Of a stretch of 64,000 nt of DNA, positions 10,829 through 23,045 are shown in pieces (positions within the stretch are counted from its first letter, which is position 1; each line of letters begins with the position of its first letter). A model generated the notes under the pieces. The model ran no database searches. It was not told the DNA's origin and saw only the letters and a list, made by a program, of their open reading frames with translations. The DNA lies in the NCBI GenBank assembly GCA_963785725.1, contig CAWAWS010000002.1, positions 224,001 to 288,000 of the forward strand, written 5' to 3'. Made by a program: the position numbers and the translations under genes. The stretch is from an uncultured delta proteobacterium (GTDB lineage Bacteria > Myxococcota_A > Polyangia > Palsa-1104).

Positions 10829-11470
10829 TTACAGCAGCGAGAGCTGGCCGCGTGGCCGCACGGCGTCGAGGAGCGTCGCGTCATCGTTCGTCGTCAGGCC
10901 GACGCGCGGCGAGACCGGCGTCGCCGTCAGCGTTCCGTCGGGCGCGGGGACGAGCACGTCGAGCGCCGGGCGCGCCAGCCACTCGGCCACGCACGCCGGC
11001 GTCAGCAGCACCGGCATGCGGTCGTGCACCGCGCGCGCCTCGGCGTTGGCGGCCGCGGTGACGACGACGAAGCGGGCGCCGTCGGGGCTCGGCTCCCATA
11101 AGCCGGCGAACGCGAGCAGGCGATCGTCGGGCGCGTGGAACCAATAGGGCTGCCCGCCTTGCCACTCGAAGTAGCCGTCGGCGGGCACGACACAGCGGCG
11201 CTCGCGTAGGGCGTCGGCGAAGCGCGCGCGCTCGGCCAGCGACTCGGCGCGACCGTTGATGATGGGCCGGCCGTCGCGCGACGCAAAACCCCACGCGGCG
11301 CGCGACAACGTGCGGCGTCTGCCGTCCGCGCGCACGATCGGATGCGGCTGCGCCGGCGCGACGTTGAAGCGCGGACGCCAATCCTCCGCGTCGGCCGAGT
11401 CGGCATCGGCGCCGAGCAGTCGAGCGATGGCGCGCCAATCGGGCTTTTGCAGCGTCATGCGACCGCACAT
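10829..11470 (-). CDS. SOS response-associated peptidase (SRAP/YedK/HMCES family)
   Basis: N-terminal MCGR, PRFNVAP, INGRAE, RCVVPADGYFEW, HDRMPV. Confidence 0.93.
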   Translation of the reverse strand: MCGRMTLQKPDWRAIARLLGADADSADAEDWRPRFNVAPAQPHPIVRADGRRRTLSRAAWGFASRDGRPIINGRAESLAERARFADALRERRCVVPADGYFEWQGGQPYWFHAPDDRLLAFAGLWEPSPDGARFVVVTAAANAEARAVHDRMPVLLTPACVAEWLARPALDVLVPAPDGTLTATPVSPRVGLTTNDDATLLDAVRPRGQLSLL

Positions 11471-11494
11471 GCGCCAAGTCTAACCGAGGTTCCG

Positions 11495-13744
11495 CTAATT
11501 GACGGGCTCGAGCGCGATTTCGCCCGACGGCCGCCGCGGCTTGAGCGCGCGCTCGGCCGCCCGCATCGCGTCGGCGTCGCGCGCCGCGGCCACGGCGGTC
11601 AGGTTGATCTCCTCGAGCAGCCCGCGCTTGCGGCGATAGTCGACGTGCTCGTCGTAGCCGGGACCGGTGAACGCCGTCGAGCGCTCGATATACTCCAGCC
11701 GCTCGCGCTCGCGCTGCTCGTGAATGCGCCGCATGTCGTCGGGACCGCGGATGATGTAGGGCGTCAACACGATCAACAGATCCTGCTTCGTCCGCTGCTT
11801 GCTCTTCGACTGAAACAGCCGCCCCAAGATGGGAATGTCACCGAGCAGCGGGATCTTCGTCACCACCTCCGACTCCGACTCCTTCGTCAGACCGCCGAGC
11901 ACGACGCAATCGCCGTCGCGCACCACCACCGCCGTCTTGATCTTGCGATCGTTCGTCGTCGGACCGCCCGGCACCGACGTGCTGGCGTTGTTGGCGACGT
12001 CCTCGATGTTGCCGTCGATCTCGAGGCGAATCGAGTTCGACTCGTTCAAGTGCGGCGTCAGCTCCAGCGTCAACGCCACCGGCGTGCGCTGATAGGTCGC
12101 CGCCAGCGCCGTCGACGCCCCGGTCGTGGCCGAGGCCAGCGACGACGTCTGGTAGACGATGTTCTGCCCCACCGAGATCGACGACTTGGTGTTGTCCATC
12201 ATCAACAGATGCGGCCGCGAGATGACGTTCGAGTTCGTGCTCGTCTCCAAGGCCTGCAAGACGACGCCGAAGCTGGGAATGTCGGTGCCGAGGAACGAGA
12301 ACGCCTGGCCGAACACGCCGGCGAAGAGGCCGCCCGACGCCGCCGCCGCCGCCACGCTCGTCGGGCTGAACGTCACGGCGTTCGTCCCCGACTCCGACGC
12401 GACCGCCGCCGTCGTCGTCGACGTGCCGCTCGCGTTCGTCGCCGCCGCGCCTTGATGAAAGGTGACGCCGATGCTGCGCAGGTTGTCGAGCGACAAATCG
12501 AGGATCACCGCTTCGACGTAGACCTGGCGCCGCTGCACGTCGAGCTTGGCCACCAAGTCGCGCACCATCGCCCAGTCGACGGCGTTGGCATAGACGACGA
12601 GCGCGTTCGACGTCTTGTCGGCGCCGATGCGCACCTCGCCCGAGAGCGGCAGCGCCGCCGATGAGCTGAGCGGCGTCGACGGTGTGGCCGCGCCGCCCGC
12701 CGTGTTGACCGGGCGCGCCGTCGACGAGGACGCCGCCGAGCGACTGCCGAGCCCGATCGATTGCAGCGTCGCGGCGACGTCCTCGGCGTTGGTGTTGGCG
12801 AGATAGAGCACGTGGCCTTGCGACGCCGCGCCGTCGTCGGCCGGCGGATCGATGCGCGCCGCGATCGCCTGCACGCGCTGCCAGCCGACCTCGTTGCCGA
12901 TGATGGCCAGCTGGCGCGCGCTGTCGAGCGGCACGAGGGCGCGCACGTCGCCGTCGAGCGCCACGGCCATCGGATGCGCGCCTTTGTCGCCGCTCGCCGG
13001 CGCCGGCGAATGATGCGACGCCGCCGACAAGATCTTCTCCAGCGCCGCCGCCAGCTCCGTCGGCGACTGGCCGTGCGTCTCCATCGTGTAGATGCGCGCG
13101 CCCGCTTCGCCGACGTCGAGCGCCCGCGCCACGTCCTCCATGCGCCGCACGTTCACGGCGCGGTCGATGAGCACCAGCGACGCCGCGCCGAAGACGCTGA
13201 CGTCGCCGTCCTTCGACTTCAGCTTGCCGAGGAGCTCGGCCAGCTCGCTCGGCGTCGCGTGCGCCGGATGAAACAGCCGGACGACGAAGCGATCATCGAG
13301 CGGCACTGCGCCGTCGCCGAGCTCGGGCGACGCCACTTCGCGCGCGCGGCCGGAGTCGACGATCTTGATCGCGCCCGCCGAGGCGTCGACGGTCAGCCCC
13401 ATCACCTCCAGCGCACCATAGAAGAGGCGATAGACGTCGGCCGCGGTCACGAGATCGGGCACCTCGAGCACCATCTTGCCGTTCCGCTGCGCGACGGCGC
13501 TGGCGACGAGAATGGGCCGACACGAGATCTCGCCCAGCGACGCCGCCAGCTCGCTGACGCCGACTTCGCCGCGCACCGTCCACTTGAACTTCTTGTCGGG
13601 CGGATACTTCTTGCAGCCCAAGAACTCGTCGGCGCCGGGCGGCGTCGCCGTCGGCTTGACCGCGAGCAGGCGCTCCTCGCGCGCGCCGGCCACGCCGGCC
13701 ATGAAAATCGACAGCAACGTCAGTACGAACGCATCCCCGCGCAT
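11495..13744 (-). CDS. gspD: Type II secretion system secretin GspD
   Basis: N domains, then QVYVEAVI, SRPHLL, LELTPH, VVLGGL, KIPLLGDIPILGRLF, LLIVLTPYI. Confidence 0.9.
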   Translation of the reverse strand: MRGDAFVLTLLSIFMAGVAGAREERLLAVKPTATPPGADEFLGCKKYPPDKKFKWTVRGEVGVSELAASLGEISCRPILVASAVAQRNGKMVLEVPDLVTAADVYRLFYGALEVMGLTVDASAGAIKIVDSGRAREVASPELGDGAVPLDDRFVVRLFHPAHATPSELAELLGKLKSKDGDVSVFGAASLVLIDRAVNVRRMEDVARALDVGEAGARIYTMETHGQSPTELAAALEKILSAASHHSPAPASGDKGAHPMAVALDGDVRALVPLDSARQLAIIGNEVGWQRVQAIAARIDPPADDGAASQGHVLYLANTNAEDVAATLQSIGLGSRSAASSSTARPVNTAGGAATPSTPLSSSAALPLSGEVRIGADKTSNALVVYANAVDWAMVRDLVAKLDVQRRQVYVEAVILDLSLDNLRSIGVTFHQGAAATNASGTSTTTAAVASESGTNAVTFSPTSVAAAAASGGLFAGVFGQAFSFLGTDIPSFGVVLQALETSTNSNVISRPHLLMMDNTKSSISVGQNIVYQTSSLASATTGASTALAATYQRTPVALTLELTPHLNESNSIRLEIDGNIEDVANNASTSVPGGPTTNDRKIKTAVVVRDGDCVVLGGLTKESESEVVTKIPLLGDIPILGRLFQSKSKQRTKQDLLIVLTPYIIRGPDDMRRIHEQRERERLEYIERSTAFTGPGYDEHVDYRRKRGLLEEINLTAVAAARDADAMRAAERALKPRRPSGEIALEPVN

Positions 13745-13756
13745 GGTCCGGCCTTG

Positions 13757-13773
13757 AGCAACCGCCGTGCCGT
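13757..13773 (-). promoter_or_regulatory. Putative sigma-54 promoter of gspD
   Basis: Minus strand CGGCACGGCGGTTGCT matches GG-N10-GC just upstream of the ATG. Confidence 0.6.
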
Positions 13774-14023
13774 CGATAAACGCTCGCGAATCGGCGATTG
13801 GCGGCGTTCTAGCGCCATCTTGTCAGCGGTCGCGGCGAGCGCGCGTGACAGCCTGGCAGCGCGACGCGCGCAAGAACGGCGCGCCGCACCGTCGCTGTCG
13901 AGAAGTGTGCGGCCGAGAATAGGCCGCGCGAAACTGCGTAGGCCGAGCCTGTGCGGCGCGAACAATCGCCGCCGGAATTGCGGATGAACGAAGCTGCGGC
14001 GGGAATGGCCGGGCGAAACGACG

Positions 14024-14719
14024 CTACGCCGACTTCTGCAGCTTCAGCTCCGGCCGCTCGAGGCGGGCCGTCGCTGCCGGCGTCGCCGTCGCCGCCACGT
14101 CCGCCTGCTGCAGATAGCGCACGAGCAGCGCCGTCACTTCCTCGATGAGCACGTCGGGATTGGGCGCGTCTTCCGGCCGCGTCGCCGCCGTGTGAATCAG
14201 CGCCTCGATCGTCTGCACCGTGATGAACGCCGCGACGTCGAGATCCGCTACGCGCACTTCGTCGCGATGCCGCTCGAAATAGGCGCGCCCGAGCGTGCGC
14301 ATGCGCGAGACGACGTCATGCAGCCGGCTGAGCCGCCCGACGCGCGGCACCTGCTCGTTGAGCACGCGATGCAGCGCCGGATCGACCGCGTGCGCCTGCA
14401 TCATCAGCGTCACCATGCGCCGCAGCGCCGCCGCCAACGGCAAGTCGGCCACGCGCTCCATCTCTTCCGACAGGACCGCCGCCATCTCGTCGAAGTGCCG
14501 CTCGATGAGCGCCGCCACCAGCGACTCCTTCGACGGGAAATACTGATAGAGCGAGCCGATGCTGACACCGGCCGCCTCGGCGATGCGGTTGGTGCTCGCG
14601 TGGTCGAAGCCCTCCTTGACCAAAACGCGAGCGGTCGCGGCCAAGATGACGTCGACGGTCTCACGGCTGCGTCGCTGCTGCGGGGCCTTGCGCGGCACGG
14701 TGCGGGTACGAGGCGACAT
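14024..14719 (-). CDS. TetR/AcrR family regulator
   Basis: PRKAPQQRRS...STNRIAEAAGVSIGSLYQYFPSKE helix-turn-helix. Confidence 0.93.
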   Translation of the reverse strand: MSPRTRTVPRKAPQQRRSRETVDVILAATARVLVKEGFDHASTNRIAEAAGVSIGSLYQYFPSKESLVAALIERHFDEMAAVLSEEMERVADLPLAAALRRMVTLMMQAHAVDPALHRVLNEQVPRVGRLSRLHDVVSRMRTLGRAYFERHRDEVRVADLDVAAFITVQTIEALIHTAATRPEDAPNPDVLIEEVTALLVRYLQQADVAATATPAATARLERPELKLQKSA

Positions 14720-14748
14720 GCGATTTGCTCCTACGAATCGCTCGAAAC

Positions 14749-14864
14749 ATGAGCGATGACTCGCATTCTAACCACTTATGACCGCCTGCGTCAATCACGA
14801 ATGACAACATATGACGCTGGTGTTCAATTTAGAATTGACACTGATGTTCAATTCTCATTATCGT
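14749..14864. promoter_or_regulatory. Divergent promoter region with tandem TetR-type operators
   Basis: tgacgctggtgttcaatt (14812-14829) and tgacactgatgttcaatt (14836-14853); inverted repeat agaattga...tcaattct (14831-14855); TTGACA 14835 / TATCGT 14859; weaker palindrome atgagcgatgactcgcat (14749-14766). Confidence 0.65.
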
Positions 14865-14870
14865 CAGCCC

Positions 14871-15566
14871 ATGTCCGGCGACGCCAAAGCTGACCGCGCT
14901 CGCGCGCCCATCCGCCGCCGGCAGCGACCGCGCGCCTACTTGCGAGCCGACGAACGGCGCGCGCAGATCTTGGACGCGGCCAAGCGCATCTTCGCGCGCC
15001 GCGGCTATCACGGGGTCAACGTCGAGGACATCTGCAACGAGGCGCGCATCGCCCGCGGCACGCTCTATCAACACTTCGACAACAAGCACGACGTCATGTT
15101 GGCGTTGATGGAGGAGCTGGCCGCGCGCGTCGCCAACGTGCTCGAGACGCGGCCGCAGCTCAGCCCGCCGTCGCGTGAGGTCGCGCAGCTGCCGCTCATC
15201 GTCGCCTTCTGCAAAGGTCGCTTGCGCCAGCTGCTCGACGCCGTCTTCGTCGACGAGCCGACCTTGCGGCTGCTCTTGCGTGAAGCGCGCGGCCTCGAAG
15301 GCAACGTCGATCGCGTGATGGCGACGATCGATCGGCTCATCCTGCGCGCGCTCGAAGCCGACTTGAGGGCCGCGCAAGACGCCGGCTTCTTGCGCGCCGG
15401 CAGCCCGAAGCTGATCGCGCGCTACCTGCTCGGCGGCGTCGAGAAAATGGTGTTGACGGCGATCGAAGCCGACGAGGTGGTCGAGATCGGCGCCATCGTC
15501 GATTTGGCCGTCGAAATGGAGCTGTTCGGCATCTTGAACGAGGAGGTTCGCCGCCATGAAAAATAG
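14871..15566 (+). CDS. TetR/AcrR family regulator
   Basis: RRAQILDAAKRIFARRGYHGVNVEDICNEARIARGTLYQHFDNK. Confidence 0.92.
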   Translation: MSGDAKADRARAPIRRRQRPRAYLRADERRAQILDAAKRIFARRGYHGVNVEDICNEARIARGTLYQHFDNKHDVMLALMEELAARVANVLETRPQLSPPSREVAQLPLIVAFCKGRLRQLLDAVFVDEPTLRLLLREARGLEGNVDRVMATIDRLILRALEADLRAAQDAGFLRAGSPKLIARYLLGGVEKMVLTAIEADEVVEIGAIVDLAVEMELFGILNEEVRRHEK

Positions 15567-16557
15567 CAAGTATTGGCCACCGTACGAATTGGTCGAGGGT
15601 TCGCTGGTCGAGGATTCGCTGGTCGAGCGCACGCAGGCCAAGCTCGATCGGCTCGAGCGCCTCTATCATGTCGGGCAGACCCAGATTTGGGACGGCCGCC
15701 AGATTCTCGGCGAGCTCATCGCCAAGCACGGCAAGCCCGTGTTGCCGCCGCATCAGAAGGAGTCGGCGCTGCGCGTCTTGTCGGTGCTGTTGTGGGGCGA
15801 GCTGGCGGCGTGGGCGATCTCGGCCGATCTCGCCGAGCGCATCGAAGACGTCGAGGCCAAGATGGCGGCCACCTCGCAAGCGCACGACGAGGCGCGCCAC
15901 TTCTACGTCTTGCGCGACTATCTGCGCGCGCTCGGCGATCCGGTGCCGCGCCTCGGCGGGATCGGTCGCCGGCTGCTCGTGTCGATCTTGGAGACGCCTT
16001 CCTTGGTGCACAAGCTCATCGGCATGCAGCTCCTGACCGAGTCGAACGCGCTGTCCATCTTCCACGCGCTCGTCGACGTGCGCATCGAGCCGGTGCTCGC
16101 CGATCTGCTGCCGTATTACGAGAAGGACGAGGCGCGCCACGTCGGCCTCGGCGTGCTCTATCTGCCGCGTCTCTTGAGCCAGCTGTCGACGGCGGAAGTG
16201 GCCGGCACGGTCGCGTTTCAGCTGCGCTCGATCCTGATGCTGATGACGGCGGGCATGACGATGCACGAGCACTGGCACAACCTCGGCATCGACCCGCGCA
16301 AGCTGGCGCAATACACGGTCAAGATGCAGAACGAGGTGACGCGCGACATCCTCGCCGACGCCGACCGAGAGGGCGCCAGTCGCGAGCAGCGCAGCGACGC
16401 CGTGCGCGGCCTGTTGAATCCGGCGCACGGCTTCGGCCCGCGCATCCTCGACTTCTTGCATCCGCCAAACGGTCGCGAGGCCGCGGCGCCGTGGCATCGC
16501 CGCGCGCTCGACGCGTGGACGCGCGGCGCCTTCTGGGCCGACCGCGCGCTCGCCTGA
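15556..16557 (+). CDS. Ferritin-like diiron protein (AurF/oxygenase-like)
   Basis: WGE...DEARH...TE...DEARH, i.e. two E + ExxH iron-ligand sets; GAGGAGG RBS; overlaps the TetR stop. Confidence 0.8.
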   Translation: MKNSKYWPPYELVEGSLVEDSLVERTQAKLDRLERLYHVGQTQIWDGRQILGELIAKHGKPVLPPHQKESALRVLSVLLWGELAAWAISADLAERIEDVEAKMAATSQAHDEARHFYVLRDYLRALGDPVPRLGGIGRRLLVSILETPSLVHKLIGMQLLTESNALSIFHALVDVRIEPVLADLLPYYEKDEARHVGLGVLYLPRLLSQLSTAEVAGTVAFQLRSILMLMTAGMTMHEHWHNLGIDPRKLAQYTVKMQNEVTRDILADADREGASREQRSDAVRGLLNPAHGFGPRILDFLHPPNGREAAAPWHRRALDAWTRGAFWADRALA

Positions 16558-16639
16558 CCCCGCGGCGGCGAGGCCGCGCGCGCGGTCCAATCGCGTCGGG
16601 TCGCACCGTCGGCAGAGTGTGCTAGTGTCCAAGGCTTCG

Positions 16640-19423
<2,784 letters not shown>

Positions 19424-19424
<1 letters not shown>

Positions 19425-19934
19425 TGGTCGCCAAGTATCGCTGGTTCGTCATTTGGTTCGTGGTCGCGCTCGGTCTCGATCAAGGCTCGAAGATTTGGGC
19501 GCGCAGCAGTGCTCAAGCCGATCTATCCGCAGGTCAAGACGGTCGTGAGCGGCTTCTTCGAGATGCGCTATTCGGAGAATCCGGGCTCGGCGTTCGGCGT
19601 TTTCCGCAACATGCCGGGCTCGCGCTATTTCCTGTTCATCGTCGGTATCGCGGCGCTGCTCTACGTCGCCTACATGCTCAAGCGCGCGGCGCCGTCGGCC
19701 GGTCGGCTCGGCGCCGAGCTGGGCCTGCTCGCCGGCGGCGCCTTCGGCAACATCATCGACCGCATCATGATCGGCCGCGTCACCGACTTCATCGTCTGGC
19801 GCGCCGGCTCGTACGAGTGGCCGACGTTCAACATCGCCGATGCCGCGCTCGTCGTCGGCGTCGCCTTCCTCTTCTTCGACATGAAGAACCACGAGAGCCC
19901 GAAAGCGGCCAAGGCCAGCCCGGCGAAAAAATGA
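19424..19934 (+). CDS. lspA: Lipoprotein signal peptidase II, copy 1 (one indel at about 19505)
   Basis: DQGSK, ENPGSAFG, GGAFGNIIDR, VTDFI, WPTFNIAD. Confidence 0.9.
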
Positions 19935-20454
19935 CCGGTAAGCCCGCAACGGAGGGTCGGCGCTATCGCGCGTTCGCGCTCGCGGCCGCGCTGTCGTTGG
20001 CGGCCGATCAGCTGTCGAAGTCGTGGGCGCGACGCGTGCTGCAGCCAGATCTATCCGCGCGTCAAAGTCGTCGTCGCCGGCTATTGGGACTTCCGCTACT
20101 CCGAGAACCGCGGCGCCGCGTTCGGCTTCGCGGGCGGCATTCCCGGCGCGCACTTGGCCTTCGCGGCGCTGGCGTTGGCGCTCGCCGTCGGCTCGGTCTT
20201 GTACTTGCGACGCGCGCAGCTGGCGCGTCCCGTGCTCTTCGGCGGCGCGCTCGGCTGCGTCGTCGGCGGCGCGCTCGGCAACGCCATCGACCGCCTGGCG
20301 TTCGGCCGCGTCACCGACTTCGTGGTGTGGAAGGTCGGCTCGCCACGAGTGGCCCACCTTCAACGTCGCCGACGCCGCGCTCGTCGTCGGCATCGGTGGG
20401 CCTGCTCATCGACAGCTGCGCCAAGGCCGCCGAAGCGCCAAGAAGCGCGCGTGA
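19931..20454 (+). CDS. lspA: Lipoprotein signal peptidase II, copy 2 (indels)
   Basis: DQLSK, ENRGAAFG, GGALGNAIDR, VTDFV, WPTFNVAD; ATGA overlap with copy 1. Confidence 0.85.
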
Positions 20455-21406
20455 TGCGCCCAGTGCTGCTCGACTTCCACTGCGCCGTCTTCGGTCAGGT
20501 CGGCTTCCCCGCCTACTTCATCGCTGCTGATGCTCGGCTTCGGCCTGGCGATGATCCTGACGGTCCGCGAGGCCGCCGCCTCGGCATGGACGGCGACCGC
20601 GTCCTCGACACCAACTTGTGGATGGTCGTCTGGGGCATCATCGGCGCCCGCGTGCTACACCTCATCGCCGACGGCCACTTCCACGACTACGTCAATTTGT
20701 GCGTCAACCCGAAGCTGGTGCCGGCCATCGACGCGCGCGTCGCCCAATGCGTCAACGCCGCGCAGTGCGGCTACGACTATCTGTGCGACACCGTCACGCA
20801 CAAGTGTTACCCGCCCAAAGACTGCTTCGCCGCGCTCGAGGTCTGGCGCGGCGGCCTCGCCTATTACGGCGGCTTCATCTTCGCCGTCGCGCTTCGCGTT
20901 CTACTACGTCCGCAAGCACCAGCTCGGCTGGTGGCGCACGGCCGACCTCGGCGTCGCCCGGCATCATGCTCGGCCTCGTCTGCGGCCGTCTCGGCTGCTT
21001 CTTGAACGGCTGCTGCTACGGCAAGCCGACGACGTCGTTCATCGGCGTCGTCTTCCCGCGCGGCGGCGCCGCCTGGAAGCAACAGCTCGACAACGGGCTC
21101 ATCCAAGCCGGGCAAAACGCGCTGCCCGTGCATCCGACGCAGCTCTACGAATCGTTCGCCTGCTTCGTCTGCTTCGCGCTGCTCTATTACGTCATTCGCC
21201 CGCGTCGTCGCGCCTACGGCCAAGTCTTCGCCTGGATGCTCATCCTCTACGGCATCGGCCGCTCCATCTGCGAGATCTGGCGCGACGACGACCGCGGCGT
21301 CATCCTCGGCTTCATCTCGACGTCGCAGATCATCTCGGTCCCGCTCATGGTCGGCGGCGTCGCGCTCTTGTGGTGGACGCGCCGCCGAGCCCGCGCCACG
21401 CTGTAA
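20454..21406 (+). CDS. lgt: Prolipoprotein diacylglyceryl transferase, copy 1, with Cys-rich insertion (indels)
   Basis: GIIGARVLH, VWRGGLAYYGG, GRLGCFLNGCCYG, HPTQLYES, Y...R...E..R, STSQ. Confidence 0.88.
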
Positions 21407-21410
21407 TCGC

Positions 21411-22259
21411 TTGCGCCCCATCCTCTTCAGCCTTCCGTTCGGCTCGCCGCCCTTCGGCCTGCACACCTACGGCGTCTCGATCGCCGTCGCGTTCCTCGTC
21501 GCCATCTTCGTCGGCACGCGCACGGCCGCGCGCAGCGGCGAGGACCCCGATCGCGTCCGCGACTTGTGCTTCTGGCTGCTCATCTCGTCGCTCGTCGGCG
21601 CGCGCCTGCTCTTCATCCTCACCAACGTCCCCGACTACGTGCACCTGTGCCGCGACCTCGGCGACTGCACGCGCGCCTTGCGCGTCTGGGAAGGCGGCCT
21701 CGTCTTTTTCGGCGGCTTCTTCGGCGCGCTCGTCACCGGCGTCTTCTACATGCGCCACTTCAAGATGCGCGTCTGGCGCGTCGCCGACAGCCTGGCGCCG
21801 TCGGTGCCGCTCGGCCAATTCTTCGGCCGCCTCGGCTGCTGGGCCGCCGGCTGCTGCTGGGGCCGACCGGCCGACGGCGTCGCGCTGCATTGGGCGGCAC
21901 GCTTCCCGCGCGTCAGCCTCGTCTGGCAAGACTACGTCGCCCGCCACGCGCTCTCGCCCGACGCCCTGACCACCCCGCCGCTCCATCCCGTGCAGCTCTA
22001 CGAAGCCTTCGCCAACCTCGGTCTCTTCTTGGCGCTGTCGATTCTGGGTCGTCGCAAGCGCTTCGATGGTGAAGTTTTGTGCGCGTATCTGGGCGGCTAC
22101 GCCATCCTGCGCTTCGTCCTCGAGCTCTTTCGCGGCGACGACGCGCGCAAGTTCGTCGTCGCTGGGCTGTCGACGTCGCAAGCGATCGCGCTCGTGACCT
22201 TGCCGCTGGCGCTCGGCTTGGCCTGGTATCGGCGCCGATCGGCTTTTTCGCGCGTTTGA
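21411..22259 (+). CDS. lgt: Prolipoprotein diacylglyceryl transferase, copy 2
   Basis: MRPILF, HTYG, LVGARL, VWEGGLVFFGG, GRLGCWAAGCCWG, HPVQLYE, RFVLELFRGD, STSQ. Confidence 0.9.
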   Translation: MRPILFSLPFGSPPFGLHTYGVSIAVAFLVAIFVGTRTAARSGEDPDRVRDLCFWLLISSLVGARLLFILTNVPDYVHLCRDLGDCTRALRVWEGGLVFFGGFFGALVTGVFYMRHFKMRVWRVADSLAPSVPLGQFFGRLGCWAAGCCWGRPADGVALHWAARFPRVSLVWQDYVARHALSPDALTTPPLHPVQLYEAFANLGLFLALSILGRRKRFDGEVLCAYLGGYAILRFVLELFRGDDARKFVVAGLSTSQAIALVTLPLALGLAWYRRRSAFSRV

Positions 22260-22283
22260 ACGATCGCTGCTAGCGTTTCGGCC

Positions 22284-23045
22284 ATGCGCGTCCACGTCGC
22301 CTTCTTCATCGTCGCCGCTTGCGCGTTGCCGGGCTGTGACCAAATCCTGCCCGCGCTCTTCGGCAGCGGCGCCACCGACATGGCCTCGACCGACCTGGCG
22401 TCGACCGATATGTCCGGCGATCTCGGCGTCGTCCGCGAAATCCAAGGTCAAGTCTGCGTCATCACCGACGTGCGCGACTACCGCAGCTGCGCCGTCGAAA
22501 CGTACCCGTCCGCGCTGCGCATCACCGTCGAGGAGACGCGCGACGAGGTCATGACCGATCTGGCCGGCGCCTTCACGTTGCCGCTGTCCGCCACCGTCGC
22601 GACCGCCACCGTCGCCGTCGTCGATCCGAGCGGCCGCTATCAGACGACCATCACGCCGCTCAAGCTCATCAACGGCGCCAAGACCAGCGTCGCCTTGCCG
22701 CTCGTCCCCGCCGCGTCGGTCACCGGCATCGCCAACAACGCCGACGCCACGCTCGATCCCAACCGCGGCGTCGCGCTCGTGTGGGCGGTCGACGAGGTCG
22801 GGCTGCCGGTCGCCGGCGTCAGCGCCAACACGTCCATGCTCGCCGACGGCGCCGACGCCAACGTGCTCGTCGCCGCCAGCGCCACCGGCAGCCGCGGCGC
22901 CATCGGCATCGTCAACACGGTCGTCCCGACGCTGACGTTGACGCTGACGACCGCCGCCTCGTCCGCCGTCGTCGGCGACACGTTCCAGCTGCCCATCCGC
23001 GCCGGCGCCGTCACGACGACGACGCTGGTCCTGCTCCCCCGCTAA
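22284..23045 (+). CDS. Hypothetical beta-rich lipoprotein
   Basis: ALPGC lipobox; Thr/Val/Ala-rich body; typical codon usage. Confidence 0.7.
   Translation: MRVHVAFFIVAACALPGCDQILPALFGSGATDMASTDLASTDMSGDLGVVREIQGQVCVITDVRDYRSCAVETYPSALRITVEETRDEVMTDLAGAFTLPLSATVATATVAVVDPSGRYQTTITPLKLINGAKTSVALPLVPAASVTGIANNADATLDPNRGVALVWAVDEVGLPVAGVSANTSMLADGADANVLVAASATGSRGAIGIVNTVVPTLTLTLTTAASSAVVGDTFQLPIRAGAVTTTTLVLLPR

Noticed and set aside
10829..11470. Prophage or SOS mutagenesis cassette around the SRAP gene
   Set aside because: No phage, imuABC/umuDC or integrase genes nearby, and no LexA box that I could support.
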